Positions 20,701 through 30,797 of a stretch of DNA of 64,000 bases are shown here, piece by piece; position 1 is the first letter of the stretch; the number at the start of each line of letters is the position of its first letter. The position numbers and the translations under genes were made by a program. The notes under the pieces were generated by a model. That model saw nothing but the letters and a program-made list of their open reading frames with translations, did not search any database and had not been told where the DNA came from. This stretch comes from a virus, in the IMG/VR virus record IMGVR_UViG_3300020220_003261; one strand, written 5' to 3'.

Positions 20701-22492
20701 ACAACCTACAGAAAGTAATAAAAATAATGTTCCACCAATAGAAGTTCCTAAAACAAGATTAGAACCAATACCCGATTCTGATAAGCCTGGACAAAGAACA
20801 AAAAAACCACCGATAGATGTTTTAAAAAGAATAATTATGAAAACATTATCGGAGTGTTATTATTTTAAAAAATTAGAAGAGGACTCACCAGTATCATTTA
20901 AATCTTTGAAAGAAAAATTAAGATATTTTCATCCAGGTTTTCATTCAACAACACCAGAAGGACTTAATAGTAGGTTGACCTTTTTACAACAATGTATCAG
21001 ACCGGGTGATACTATTCCAATAAAAGGGATATCGGATATAAGTGATTTACCTGCAAGAAACACAACATTTGGTCCTCCACCTATTTGTGTTTTGAGAATT
21101 GGTGATTTTTATCATTCTAAAATTGTAATTAGAGATGTAAACATTTCTTATGATGAAAATGTATGGGATTTAAATCCTGAAGGTATTGGTGTTCAACCTA
21201 TGATTGCAAGCGTTCAATTACAAGTAAACTTTATAGGTGGACAAGGAATTGAAAAGCCGGTCGAAAGACTACAAAACGCCCTATCTTCTAATTTCTATGC
21301 AAATACAGAAATGTATGATGAAAGATCAATTTCAACAAACACACTAATTGGTGGTGAATCAACAAGTGGGTTTACTAAAAGTTTCTTAGAGGATTTACAA
21401 AAAATTAATGATGTTTCACCATCCGCAATTAATGACGCGGGCAATTCTGAAAATACTATTAATGGAAAATATATTGGTGATTTCAACCAATCAACAAGTG
21501 GATTTACATATACAAATATTGTAAAAGATTTATTTAAGAATACTGACGACTATTTTAAAAAATATCCATCATCTTTTAATATAATTTATAAAAAATACGG
21601 ACCAATTATTACAAGTGTTGTGTTTTCTGAAAATTATAGATCAATAAAAAATTTAGAAGTCAATACAAATGGTGTAGGAGGGACAAGGACAATATCTTTA
21701 ATGGGTCTATATAGAGAACCAAAAAGTTTAAGTTCTTTAATTGAAAAATTTTTACCAGTAATATCAACGGAAATAGAAAATCAAGATATAACCACAATGT
21801 TAAATTTTGACAATGTTTTAAAAAATTCAGAAATTATAAATAAATCAAATACTCTTTTAAAACCTTTTATTAAAGATTATATTAAAACAGAATTAAATAA
21901 TTTAGTTGTATCAAAAGAAATTAAAGATTTGGAAGATGTTAGAAATAAATTAATAAGTTCAGTAGATAAATTGAACTATATTGTAAAAAATGGGTATGAT
22001 TCAAAATTAGATAAAAAGGAAAATACAAAAGCAAATTTAAGTGGATTCACATCTAATTTATTGTACGATGAATATGATCACTGTTTAGATTACATTGAAA
22101 AAAATCAACCAAAACTTAATGATTATGATGATAATTCTATTGATTTTAATTCACCAACAATAAGTTTATCAACACTCAAGCACATATTACAAGTTTTATT
22201 GAAAGAACAAAAACAAAATATATTAAAACTTTATGAAGTTGATAAAACTCTTTTTACTACAAGTGATTTAGAGAAAATGGGTAATAAATTTGATAAGTTT
22301 ATTGAAACAATTAAAGAGAAAAAATTTAAAAATTCTAATTTTAAAAATAGAAAAAACGATAAAGAAATTTCATTTGGTGTGTCTACTTTTCAACCTCTAA
22401 CCGATAGTACCGCAACAACTGAAATAAGTAAAATAATGAAAAAGAATAAAGTTCCGGCTGAAAACAATAAGTTAAATTTCTATAAACCATGA
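17741..22492 (+). CDS. Large baseplate/tube-initiator protein with an inserted OmpA-like domain
   Basis: Tube-fold segments WFPPYDL..W....FLGRPEPIYTY..TER and FGPPPICVLRIGDFYHSKIVI..VNISY; OmpA-like YNLNLSVRRSNSV. Confidence 0.65.
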   Translation: MPSYLDFNSTKKLREDVLKKNLKVQNGPLSQTNSNYQVRGLNNYSVIDQANVEVERGKQLTETNKVNIYKPTEYFIQEKLNVFSRRANLRLYYSSGSPYFLPRKHNLFSIVNGEDYSRESELFKFASNYIKTAENGPFKARIRQNLEANTLGKVRLLDALNGNTATAVNLLTGKEPLIEKNYKITVAKTVPGKVVDFLQTVAGVEFPFTEIPGNYLSNPINPVNFRPEAQTVIGRGIQDVTGVLGSLVGIQRRPTRSFKPSDIFIDFMGEGQRQILFDHLLFSRYAPNYTTSARSQQSTKLFSFVDRVGGLGKTLLGLEAPRGQAYIGDDRGNDVRYATSDFNDRIVRSNYYTSYLFDPIQAELFKKDKNIGEGGPIAGRLTWISKKSNNKLGEHNKEFSAEKSLLEDTLSKNLNFREDSILAETQRILDSMPSDGGAARSHVANVIDQTSRVFREGDVMLSKGSAVKYVDKFTGEETGVEFGRVWTKDRPYMNYSDTMKRTTNIRKFDSSVMTTPWNLNYAPMSNGKKGFDGSSNIARKGDGFYAKKYMFSLENLAWKLSNRQGFRVSDLPFCERGPNDGRIMWFPPYDLKVTENNSARWESNTFLGRPEPIYTYQNTERSGQISFKVVVDHPSILNLLVREHFKNMSDEEADNYINAFFAGVEELDFYNLIRLYTTLDADDVKNIKAYLDSNKDPETIKKYRVVTDDIKLPVPNTSPDPNSGKPKKLSVSLNFPNDYPLGNTELTSTQKYNDIYNYYNGNSSKQISDFNTAADTLLKKSSNNNKNVKNDKLVIFGKEDIPSSETGTTLTTQTTELTNSFSKLQTNFTEYSNKITELKNDISGKTIQEIKITLYSTSSSIADEKYNLNLSVRRSNSVVQDIFDKISNGKTPDIKSKWIKSVVGLETSGAKFSNEFTFKEFGYDNDGKIIIESQNFGEKFKGTINGQQNVDCNGKEVYTDKILKRTAPITFYCRQTTVKFEYTPKVIQPTESNKNNVPPIEVPKTRLEPIPDSDKPGQRTKKPPIDVLKRIIMKTLSECYYFKKLEEDSPVSFKSLKEKLRYFHPGFHSTTPEGLNSRLTFLQQCIRPGDTIPIKGISDISDLPARNTTFGPPPICVLRIGDFYHSKIVIRDVNISYDENVWDLNPEGIGVQPMIASVQLQVNFIGGQGIEKPVERLQNALSSNFYANTEMYDERSISTNTLIGGESTSGFTKSFLEDLQKINDVSPSAINDAGNSENTINGKYIGDFNQSTSGFTYTNIVKDLFKNTDDYFKKYPSSFNIIYKKYGPIITSVVFSENYRSIKNLEVNTNGVGGTRTISLMGLYREPKSLSSLIEKFLPVISTEIENQDITTMLNFDNVLKNSEIINKSNTLLKPFIKDYIKTELNNLVVSKEIKDLEDVRNKLISSVDKLNYIVKNGYDSKLDKKENTKANLSGFTSNLLYDEYDHCLDYIEKNQPKLNDYDDNSIDFNSPTISLSTLKHILQVLLKEQKQNILKLYEVDKTLFTTSDLEKMGNKFDKFIETIKEKKFKNSNFKNRKNDKEISFGVSTFQPLTDSTATTEISKIMKKNKVPAENNKLNFYKP

Positions 22493-22815
22493 GTAGACAA
22501 TACTATAATAGGTATCAAAATTTTGTAAGTGATGGTAGTTTTAGGATAGTTCCTGGTATAGAGATACCTATAAAGTCTTCTGACAAATATATTCAGTTTA
22601 AAAAAAATAAAGACAGGTTAGATAAACTATCACAAGACCACTATGGTTCACCGTTATACGGATGGTTGATTATGTCAGCTAATCCATTATTGGGTAGTGT
22701 GGAGTTTGAGATCCCTGATAATTCATATTTAAGAATTCCATTTCCTTTAGTAGAATCTTTACAAGATTATAAAAGGGGTGTAGAATTATATAGTTTATAT
22801 TATGGGGAACAATGA
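22489..22815 (+). CDS. LysM-like baseplate protein (gp53/tail X-like)
   Basis: DRLDKLSQDHYGSPLYGWLIMSANP....LRIP; ATGA overlap with the upstream gene. Confidence 0.8.
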   Translation: MSRQYYNRYQNFVSDGSFRIVPGIEIPIKSSDKYIQFKKNKDRLDKLSQDHYGSPLYGWLIMSANPLLGSVEFEIPDNSYLRIPFPLVESLQDYKRGVELYSLYYGEQ

Positions 22816-25800
22816 TTTATCGAATAGTGAAAATATATTAGTTAAGGTCGATCAAAACAATTTGATATACATAGACCCTAACAGTGTTATTGATGAAAAT
22901 GGTGAAATACAACCAAGAGGAATTAGACAGGAAAATCTTGCAATGTATGTAAATCTTGAGGCGGATTTAATACCAAGAAGTGTATTAATTGCTGATGGAG
23001 ATAAAACAACATTAACATCAATAGCAAAAGGAACACTCAACTTAATGAAAAACGGAAAAGTTGACAGTGATCGAGACGGTGTTCCTGATGGTGATTTTGA
23101 TGCAACATGGACTGATACTTATTTACAATATGCCGAAAACCCAAGCATCAAAGGTGAATTTATACAGTCAGACCCAACCGCACAATCATTTGGTATTGAT
23201 TCAATATCAATAAATGTTAAAGGGGGTAATTTTATTCCACAGGTGACAATTAATTTTATTGATGTTAGAGGTAAAACATTATTTGAATCACCAGAAAATT
23301 CACCTTATAAAGCATTTTTTCATTTACCATGGCCAATTTTTTATTTGACGGTTAAGGGTTATTATGGTAAGGCAATAAGATATAGATTACACCTTGTAAA
23401 ATTTAATACAACATACAACCAATCAAATGGAAATTTTGAAGTTAATACGACTTTTGTTGGATCGACTTATGCATATTTAAACGATATACCATTGAGTGGT
23501 ATTTTAGATGCTCCTTACATGTTTATGATTGAAAGTAACAAGGATCCTAAAAAGTTTAATGAAAAAACACAGAAGTATGAAAAGAAAGTATCTAAATCTT
23601 CGAAGGGTTATGCTATACTTAAATCTGTATATGATGAATATAAATCTAAAGGATTAATACCTCAAAACTTTCCTGTTAGAACTTTACGTGAATTAATAAC
23701 AATTGCACAAACATTAGATAAAACATTGGAAAGAAAAATCTTTGACCAAGTTGTAGATATGAAAATATTTGCAGGAGTCAAAGATTTTGAAAAAAGAATA
23801 CAAGAATTTGAAACTGCAGTTAGAACATGGTCTTCTCAAAGACTTTCTGAAGAAATAGAAGTTATAAATAACAAAAATTATTATTTACAAAAAGGTTTAG
23901 AAAAAGATAAAAATAGTTTGAATTTTATTACTGGTGCAACTATTACGGGAACATTAGAAAAAATTATGGTTGCTTATGTTGATGAATTAAAAAAATCTAG
24001 TCTATTTGCAAATGATTTAATTGAAAAGGGAGGAAAAGAATTTAGAAATACAACTTTCAATTTTGTTAATACGGTTGGAAACATAAAAGATTATTATGAA
24101 ATAAAAAATGGAAAAGTTGTTGTTGCCGTAACCGAATTGATAGAAAAAATATTAGATATTCAAAAATCTTTTGTTGAACAAAGAAACAAACTTGAGGACA
24201 AGGTTGAACAAGAGATGAATAATATTATAAAAGATCCAAATAAAGGTATCGGGTTTGAACCTACAGTAAGAAACATATTCGCAGTAATTTTAGCGTGTGC
24301 CGATACATACATAAGATTATTAAAGGATGTTCATTATAAAGCGTTTCAATCTGCAGAGAGAAGAAAAAATATTATAAAAGGTCAAAGTGATGAAACAGAT
24401 GGTGAAAACATATATCCTTGGCCTGAAATAAAAAAACAAACAGCAGGAAATAAACAAAAAGTAATTGCATATCCTGGAGATCCTGATTTATTACAAAAAT
24501 TAAAATCATTTGATAAATCTTTGTGGCCCGAAGTTGACTTTTTAGAGACATTTAAAAGTGTTGCAACAAAAAGAGTAGATCCTTTAGATGATAAAGAAAA
24601 CACTACAAGTAAAGTTAGTTTTATTTTTGAATCGGATACGATAGAATATCAAACCAACAACATCGGTTCATATGGTATAATAACTAAATTATTACCATAT
24701 ACCGATAAAATAATTGCTAATATATTGTATGAGATTTATGAGCGATCAAAATACACTACATTTTTTGATTCATTTAATAACAAATCACTTAGGGAATTAG
24801 CGTTAATAGAATTCCAAAATTTATCTAAATCAATTCAAGAAGATTTTGATATTATTGATATATTAAAAAGCGGTATCAAAAATGAAGATAATTTAAAAAG
24901 TTTGATGTTATCTTTTTCGACTTATGATAGATATCCATATTATAAAGATCAGTTACCTACAGTTTCATATTTCAAACAGATATTAAGTAAATCACATAAA
25001 CTTGAATACTATATACCTGGTGATAATTCTAAAACTAATAACGATAAATTATATAGTGAATTAAAAGAAAATTTAAAAAATTATAAAGTAGAAGATTATA
25101 GAAAAAATATATATCCGTTTAATTCTAATACATATATTTCTTATTTAGACACAAAATTAAATAAAAAAACAAAACTAGTAGATAACGATTTTAATTTTAA
25201 TGGAATATTAAACATTGATACATTAAATGGTTTGATTTGTTCTCCAATAAATCCAAACTCATGGGTTAAATCAGGTTATACTGAAAATTTGTTTTCACAA
25301 AATTTAGAAGTTTCAGGAAAAACTTTTAATATTCTTAATACTCCATATTTTCATAAACAATTATATACAGATTTTACAAATCAAACACCATATGGAAAAT
25401 ATGTTGGATCTGCATATCTTTTTTTAAATTCATTACCGTTTGTCGATTTAGAAGATTATATAAACTTCCCTTTCAAAGAATTAAATGGCACAACATCTAG
25501 CACTCTTTTATCTTCTATATTCAGAGAGGTTGGATCAACTCATTTTATTCCATATCATTTAATATTAAAGTGGGGATCAATATACCATAGGTATAAAAAA
25601 TATATTATAGATAATGTTGATATTATAAGTGGAGTCACGACCTCAATTGATACTGATAATTTTTTTGATAATAATTCGGGTATAACTTTTACAGTATCAG
25701 GAACAAGTGTTCCATATTCAGGAACAACTGACGTTGGAATTCATCCATATTATCAAAACATATTTCACCAAATTATTCAAGATTATTCTTTTTATTCAAC

Positions 25801-28546
25801 AAATTCTGGAAATACGTCGTATTCGGCAACAACAGTAAATGGTAAAAATATTTCAAGAAGTAGAACAAAAAATTCATTCAATTTATGGACATCACTTATT
25901 GATAATTCTAAATTTTATGATAGCCAATTAACATATACGTTATTACCTTGTGATGGAAATGGCACATTTTCGGGAATTACATCTTTCAATGATTCGAAAC
26001 AAACAAATTTTAGGATTGTTTGGGATGACGATTCTAATGTAAATGAATTTACATTTAGTGGAAGAACATTTCCTTCTTATAATGAATATAATAGAAGATA
26101 TATCACAGGATCAACGGAAGACAACAAATATTCCATTACGGGAAATTATAGAAAAGTATTAGATTTAATTGCCACTTTTAATCCATCTATATTAGAAGAA
26201 TTTGAAACGGCGTTTTTAGAATTTAGTTCTGAGAATTTACAAGTAGAAATTCCTTATCGTAGATATGAAAGAGTAATAAGTAAAAATGATAAAACCGAAA
26301 CTTATGGTGTAAAACATTATAATTTCCAAACCTTATTAAAAGAAATTGTTACAGTTGAAAAAATCAAAGGTGACCCCACAGATAATTTTGAAATAATTAG
26401 ATTGGCTACCGTAAGACAAAAAGATAAATTAAAATCTTTGACTAATGATATTTTAAGTAATGATAATTTATTAAAATTAACTATATCTAATCCTAAAGAA
26501 TTGGACCCATATGTTTTAGGAGGGTTTACAAATACAGATGTTATAAATTTTGCTTACAATACATATGATTCTGTTGGACAAGCAGCAAATGTGAAATACA
26601 TTTCACTTTATTTGGGTGAAGATGTTGACGGATATTATTTAGATTTCTTTGATTATAATAATGTTGAATTAAGTGAGGATAATGTGATATTGTTAAGACC
26701 GATCATTCAAATGTATGCCGGATACATTAAAAATGGCGAAACAAATACAAAAAGTGAGTTCATAAAATATTTGAAAAACAACATTATAACAAAAAGTTCA
26801 GGAGACACTTTAGGATCTTCAAATAGATTATCATTATTCTTATCAATATTTTTAGGTGAGTTTGGAAATTTAAAACCATTAAAGGAATCAAATAGGTTAA
26901 CAATTTATAATGGATATAATGACACTCCTTTAAAATTAGAATTATACAATTTCTTTAAATCCTTCAATGATAAATGGATTGCAGGTAATTCAATAGGACA
27001 AAGACTTTTAATGGAGGAATTTTTATTTTTGGATAAAGCAAATGTTGATATAGGAAGTAAAGTTTTTATGAGTTTAGAAAAATTGATTCCTTTAGAAGAT
27101 GATAGAAACGCTAAGCAAAATTTATATGGAGTAATAGGTATCTTAATAACCGGAACAGGATTTGACATGAGACCGTTACCGGCATATGTTAATTTTTATG
27201 GAACAAATTTTTCCAACAAGGTAAGACTAACACCATCAAAAAAAGTGGCCAGCAATATTTTTGGAACATTTTTAGAAGTTGATTATCAAGAAGCTTCACC
27301 TAAAATAATATTACAATATGTGGGACCAACATCTAAACATTTGGATATGAAAGAAATCAATCAGAAATACAAATATTTGAATGATAGTTTTAATGTTGGA
27401 AACCCTAATAAAAATCCATTGATTATAACAACACCACAAATTTTTAAAACAGACGAATTAGCTCAATCAAATAAAGTTGTTGCCTTCGAAGTAAGTTTTG
27501 GTGACCAAAACCAAGGAATTTTCAAGGGTGTTCAATTAGATCAATCTTCAATTAGAAATACCACAGAATCTTTTATTGCAATGGAAAATTTAGGTAGATC
27601 TGAGTCGGGTGCAGGAGTATATCAAGTTGATGTAGGATTATATGACATTTACAGACAGGCATCATACACTTGTGAAGTTACTTGTATGGGAAATGTAATG
27701 ATACAACCTACAATGTATTTTTATTTGAAAAACATACCTATGTTTAGAGGAACATATTGGATAATGGAAGTAAATCACTCCATTAAAGGAAATAGTATTG
27801 TAACGTCTTTCAAGGGTACAAGAATACCAAACGCATCATTGCCTGATCCAAAAGATTCCTTCTTATCAAGTTATAGAGTGCTATTTGATAAAGTTACGAA
27901 TACCGCGATTGCCAGAATTAAACAAGAAAGTAACACTTTGAGTGGAGCAACAAAAACTGAAGTTGTAAAAAGTTTTGATAACGGAAGTTATAGTATAGAT
28001 ATGGGAACAGACGATAAAAAAGTTCAAGGTGAAGTTTTAGTTGATGAAAGTGGTATAACTGAATATGGTATTCCATATAATGGATTTAGAGGTGAAAAAT
28101 ACATACAGAAAGTAAATTATGAAAATAGGACATGGTTAAGAGCACAAGCTGTAGAAATGGGTGGTAAAAATTATCCGATAGAAGATAATATTGCCATGAG
28201 TATAATTAATCAAGTTACAGAAATAAAAGGGTTTCCTGTTAATATAAGTGATAAAGTGACATGGTCTAAAATTAAAGATAACAAAGACAGTTGGTTTTTC
28301 TCAACAAAATATGCTCTTGATGTTTCTTCACCCAATAAAATAATCAAACCAACGACATATTTTAAAAATCCTAATGATAAAAATGGATCAATTGTTATTG
28401 TTCAACCATTAGAATATATAACATCACCTAAAGGTCCGATTAATATAGGACCGAAAGTTACGGGTTATGGTATTGGATTATCTTCAGCATTGATGAAAGA
28501 ATTGAAATTAAAAGATGGGGATGTTGTTTATTTTTCAAATGAATAA
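22802..28546 (+). CDS. Giant baseplate hub protein (gp27/gpD-like ends with large insertions)
   Basis: N-terminal FGIDSISI..VTINFIDVRG..FYLTVKGYYG; C-terminal SYTCEVTCMGNVMIQPTMYF.L..IPMF.GTYWI.EV.H. Confidence 0.65.
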   Translation: MGNNDLSNSENILVKVDQNNLIYIDPNSVIDENGEIQPRGIRQENLAMYVNLEADLIPRSVLIADGDKTTLTSIAKGTLNLMKNGKVDSDRDGVPDGDFDATWTDTYLQYAENPSIKGEFIQSDPTAQSFGIDSISINVKGGNFIPQVTINFIDVRGKTLFESPENSPYKAFFHLPWPIFYLTVKGYYGKAIRYRLHLVKFNTTYNQSNGNFEVNTTFVGSTYAYLNDIPLSGILDAPYMFMIESNKDPKKFNEKTQKYEKKVSKSSKGYAILKSVYDEYKSKGLIPQNFPVRTLRELITIAQTLDKTLERKIFDQVVDMKIFAGVKDFEKRIQEFETAVRTWSSQRLSEEIEVINNKNYYLQKGLEKDKNSLNFITGATITGTLEKIMVAYVDELKKSSLFANDLIEKGGKEFRNTTFNFVNTVGNIKDYYEIKNGKVVVAVTELIEKILDIQKSFVEQRNKLEDKVEQEMNNIIKDPNKGIGFEPTVRNIFAVILACADTYIRLLKDVHYKAFQSAERRKNIIKGQSDETDGENIYPWPEIKKQTAGNKQKVIAYPGDPDLLQKLKSFDKSLWPEVDFLETFKSVATKRVDPLDDKENTTSKVSFIFESDTIEYQTNNIGSYGIITKLLPYTDKIIANILYEIYERSKYTTFFDSFNNKSLRELALIEFQNLSKSIQEDFDIIDILKSGIKNEDNLKSLMLSFSTYDRYPYYKDQLPTVSYFKQILSKSHKLEYYIPGDNSKTNNDKLYSELKENLKNYKVEDYRKNIYPFNSNTYISYLDTKLNKKTKLVDNDFNFNGILNIDTLNGLICSPINPNSWVKSGYTENLFSQNLEVSGKTFNILNTPYFHKQLYTDFTNQTPYGKYVGSAYLFLNSLPFVDLEDYINFPFKELNGTTSSTLLSSIFREVGSTHFIPYHLILKWGSIYHRYKKYIIDNVDIISGVTTSIDTDNFFDNNSGITFTVSGTSVPYSGTTDVGIHPYYQNIFHQIIQDYSFYSTNSGNTSYSATTVNGKNISRSRTKNSFNLWTSLIDNSKFYDSQLTYTLLPCDGNGTFSGITSFNDSKQTNFRIVWDDDSNVNEFTFSGRTFPSYNEYNRRYITGSTEDNKYSITGNYRKVLDLIATFNPSILEEFETAFLEFSSENLQVEIPYRRYERVISKNDKTETYGVKHYNFQTLLKEIVTVEKIKGDPTDNFEIIRLATVRQKDKLKSLTNDILSNDNLLKLTISNPKELDPYVLGGFTNTDVINFAYNTYDSVGQAANVKYISLYLGEDVDGYYLDFFDYNNVELSEDNVILLRPIIQMYAGYIKNGETNTKSEFIKYLKNNIITKSSGDTLGSSNRLSLFLSIFLGEFGNLKPLKESNRLTIYNGYNDTPLKLELYNFFKSFNDKWIAGNSIGQRLLMEEFLFLDKANVDIGSKVFMSLEKLIPLEDDRNAKQNLYGVIGILITGTGFDMRPLPAYVNFYGTNFSNKVRLTPSKKVASNIFGTFLEVDYQEASPKIILQYVGPTSKHLDMKEINQKYKYLNDSFNVGNPNKNPLIITTPQIFKTDELAQSNKVVAFEVSFGDQNQGIFKGVQLDQSSIRNTTESFIAMENLGRSESGAGVYQVDVGLYDIYRQASYTCEVTCMGNVMIQPTMYFYLKNIPMFRGTYWIMEVNHSIKGNSIVTSFKGTRIPNASLPDPKDSFLSSYRVLFDKVTNTAIARIKQESNTLSGATKTEVVKSFDNGSYSIDMGTDDKKVQGEVLVDESGITEYGIPYNGFRGEKYIQKVNYENRTWLRAQAVEMGGKNYPIEDNIAMSIINQVTEIKGFPVNISDKVTWSKIKDNKDSWFFSTKYALDVSSPNKIIKPTTYFKNPNDKNGSIVIVQPLEYITSPKGPINIGPKVTGYGIGLSSALMKELKLKDGDVVYFSNE

Positions 28547-28585
28547 AGAATAATAACAATTTTTGGGATATTTATAATAAAAACT

Positions 28586-28789
28586 ATGGAAAACTCAAAT
28601 TTATACGGAGTTGTTGATCAGTTTTTGAATCCAAAAAAATACAGAACAATTTCTGACGACGGAAAGAGTCAGGAAGTGTGTGATTTACAAACGGGTGAAT
28701 GTTATGTAATAAGATCCAAAGACGGAATTGTTGAAAGAATTAATAAAAAATATATAACCGAAGACGGTAGACAACTTTTACAAGATTAA
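28586..28789 (+). CDS. Small hypothetical protein (67 aa)
   Basis: Clean ORF with TATTTAT at 28569-28575; contains VCDLQTGEC. Confidence 0.7.
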   Translation: MENSNLYGVVDQFLNPKKYRTISDDGKSQEVCDLQTGECYVIRSKDGIVERINKKYITEDGRQLLQD

Positions 28790-28793
28790 AATT

Positions 28794-29447
28794 ATGGAAC
28801 TAGAAAAAAAACTACAAGAGGAATTAAATCGTTATAGAGCTATTAATAAATATACTAAAACGATGGTTATGGAACAAGAAATTCCACCTCCCCCCGCTGA
28901 TCCTGCTGCCGCACCTCCAGAAGGAGGACTTCCACCTGATCCAGGTGCGCCTGCAGATGCTGGTGCATTACCTCCACCCCCACCTGCGGACGCGGGTATG
29001 GGATCACCAGTAGGAGGAGACACCACAGAAGAAATAGATATTACAGATTTAGTTGATATGGTTAAAAGTATCAAAAAAGATCAAGATGATTCTAAAGGAG
29101 ACACTGGAGATGTTATGGGACAAATGGATGCAGTATTTACTAAATTATCAGATTTAGAACAAAAGTTATCTCAAATGGATAGTGTTCTAATGAAAATTGA
29201 TCAATTAGGAAGTAAAGTTGAATCAATGAGAGAGAAAACTCCACAAGAAAAATTAGAGATGAGATCTTTGGATTCTTATCCTTTTAGTCAAAATCCTCAA
29301 GAGTTCTTCTCTCAAAAACAAGGAGAAATGAAAGCAAGTGGTAAGAACGAATATGTTCTTACAAAACAAGAAGTTAACGATTATTCAAAAGATATGATAA
29401 AAAACACCTTTAATCCTGAAGTAGATCAAGATGAATTTAAATTCTAA
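28794..29447 (+). CDS. Acidic, Pro-rich coiled-coil protein (possible scaffold)
   Basis: PPPPADPAAAPP tract followed by a heptad region LSDLEQKLSQMDSVLMKIDQLGSKVE. Confidence 0.55.
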   Translation: MELEKKLQEELNRYRAINKYTKTMVMEQEIPPPPADPAAAPPEGGLPPDPGAPADAGALPPPPPADAGMGSPVGGDTTEEIDITDLVDMVKSIKKDQDDSKGDTGDVMGQMDAVFTKLSDLEQKLSQMDSVLMKIDQLGSKVESMREKTPQEKLEMRSLDSYPFSQNPQEFFSQKQGEMKASGKNEYVLTKQEVNDYSKDMIKNTFNPEVDQDEFKF

Positions 29448-29802
29448 TATTAACTTATTTTTGGGACTACACGCTCAATTAAAAGTTTTTCATTGGCAAA
29501 CTAAAGGGTTTTCTAGACATAAATCGTTTGCAAAAACAAGAGATACTTTAGAGGATTTGATGGACGAATTTGTTGAACAAGCAATGGGTCAATATGGTAG
29601 ATTTGAACTTGATGATGAAACAAAAAGTATTAGCTTAATTAATTTATCTGAAGCCAAACCTTCACAAATGGCAGAAACAATATGTGAAGCTTTAGTTCAG
29701 ATGACTGATCAAATTGATGAAAAGGACACTAATCTTTTGAATTTAAGAGATGAAATATTGGGACTTGTTCAAAAGTTAAAATATCTTTTGACTTTAGAAT
29801 AA
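29431..29802 (+). CDS. Ferritin/Dps-like four-helix protein (DUF5856-like)
   Basis: QLKVFHWQTKG..RH..F....D.L..L.D.FVE..MG and LLNLRDE......KLKYLLTL. Confidence 0.8.
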   Translation: MNLNSNINLFLGLHAQLKVFHWQTKGFSRHKSFAKTRDTLEDLMDEFVEQAMGQYGRFELDDETKSISLINLSEAKPSQMAETICEALVQMTDQIDEKDTNLLNLRDEILGLVQKLKYLLTLE

Positions 29803-29826
29803 AAATAATTTTTGAAAAAAAAGTTT

Positions 29827-29855
29827 AAGCCGAATTTTACTATTCGGCTTTTTTT
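29827..29855 (+). terminator. Intrinsic terminator
   Basis: aagccgaat-tttact-attcggctt perfect 9-bp stem plus T-run. Confidence 0.85.
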
Positions 29856-29866
29856 GTGTATATTTT
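29836..29866 (+). promoter_or_regulatory. Host-type promoter TTTACT-N17-TATATT(TT) for the SSB-RecA operon
   Basis: Exact repeat of the 14856 spacing; the upstream box is the loop of the 29827 hairpin. Confidence 0.55.
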
Positions 29867-29893
29867 TTTATATAACAATTAAATTTTTATTTT

Positions 29894-30736
29894 ATGTCAA
29901 CATTTGATTCAGTTCTCGCTCAGTATGAGAAAAACAAACAAGCCACAAGTGGCAACTCAAACAAAGTATCCTTAGAGGATAGAATGAAAAAGTATTTTAC
30001 TACTGTCCTTGCTAAAGGAACTAAAGGTGAAGAAAGAAGAATTAGAATTCTACCTACAAAAGATGGTTCTTCTCCTTTTAAAGAAGTATACTTTCATGAA
30101 ATCCAAGTGGATGGTAAATGGGTTAAACTTTATGATCCAAAACAAGAAGGTAAAAGATCTCCACTAAATGAGGTTAAAGAAGGATTAGAAATGACGGGTT
30201 TAGATTCTGACAGAGAGTTAGCTCGTCAGTATAGAAGTCGTAAATTCTATATTGTAAAGGTAATTGATAGAGATCATGAAGCAGATGGTGTTAAATTTTG
30301 GAGGTTTAAACACAATGCAAAACAAGATGGTATTTTGGATAAGATATTTCCAATTTTTCAAAAAAAGGGAGATATTACCGACATACAAAAAGGTCGAGAC
30401 TTAATACTATTTTTGACATTAACAAAATCTGGAACAGGAAAAGAATATACCACAATTAACTCTATCATACCTGAAGATGCATCTCCTTTACATCAAGATG
30501 AGAGTGTATCTAAATTATGGGTTGAAGATGAATTGATGTGGTCAGATGTATATTCTAAAAAACCAGAAGAGTATCTCGAAATGGTTGCTAAAGGGGAAGT
30601 TCCACGTTGGGATGTGGAAGGAAAAAAATGGGTATCTAATTCTCAATCAGAAGAAACAATTGGATCACTGAAAAAATCAACACAAATAGACGACCCCCAA
30701 GATGAGGAGGGATCAAGTGACGATTTACCATTCTAA
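29894..30736 (+). CDS. Single-stranded DNA-binding protein (T4 gp32-like)
   Basis: IRILP..DGSSPF.EV.FH, RKFYIVKVIDR, DI..GRDL, acidic tail ending DDLPF; adjacent to recA. Confidence 0.85.
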   Translation: MSTFDSVLAQYEKNKQATSGNSNKVSLEDRMKKYFTTVLAKGTKGEERRIRILPTKDGSSPFKEVYFHEIQVDGKWVKLYDPKQEGKRSPLNEVKEGLEMTGLDSDRELARQYRSRKFYIVKVIDRDHEADGVKFWRFKHNAKQDGILDKIFPIFQKKGDITDIQKGRDLILFLTLTKSGTGKEYTTINSIIPEDASPLHQDESVSKLWVEDELMWSDVYSKKPEEYLEMVAKGEVPRWDVEGKKWVSNSQSEETIGSLKKSTQIDDPQDEEGSSDDLPF

Positions 30737-30751
30737 TTAATGGTTTAACAA

Positions 30752-30785
30752 GGGGTTTGGAGATAACGTCAAAGGCCCCATTTTT
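30752..30785 (+). terminator. Imperfect hairpin/possible terminator after SSB
   Basis: ggggtttg...caaaggcccc followed by attttt. Confidence 0.4.
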
Positions 30786-30797
30786 CAAAATAATATT

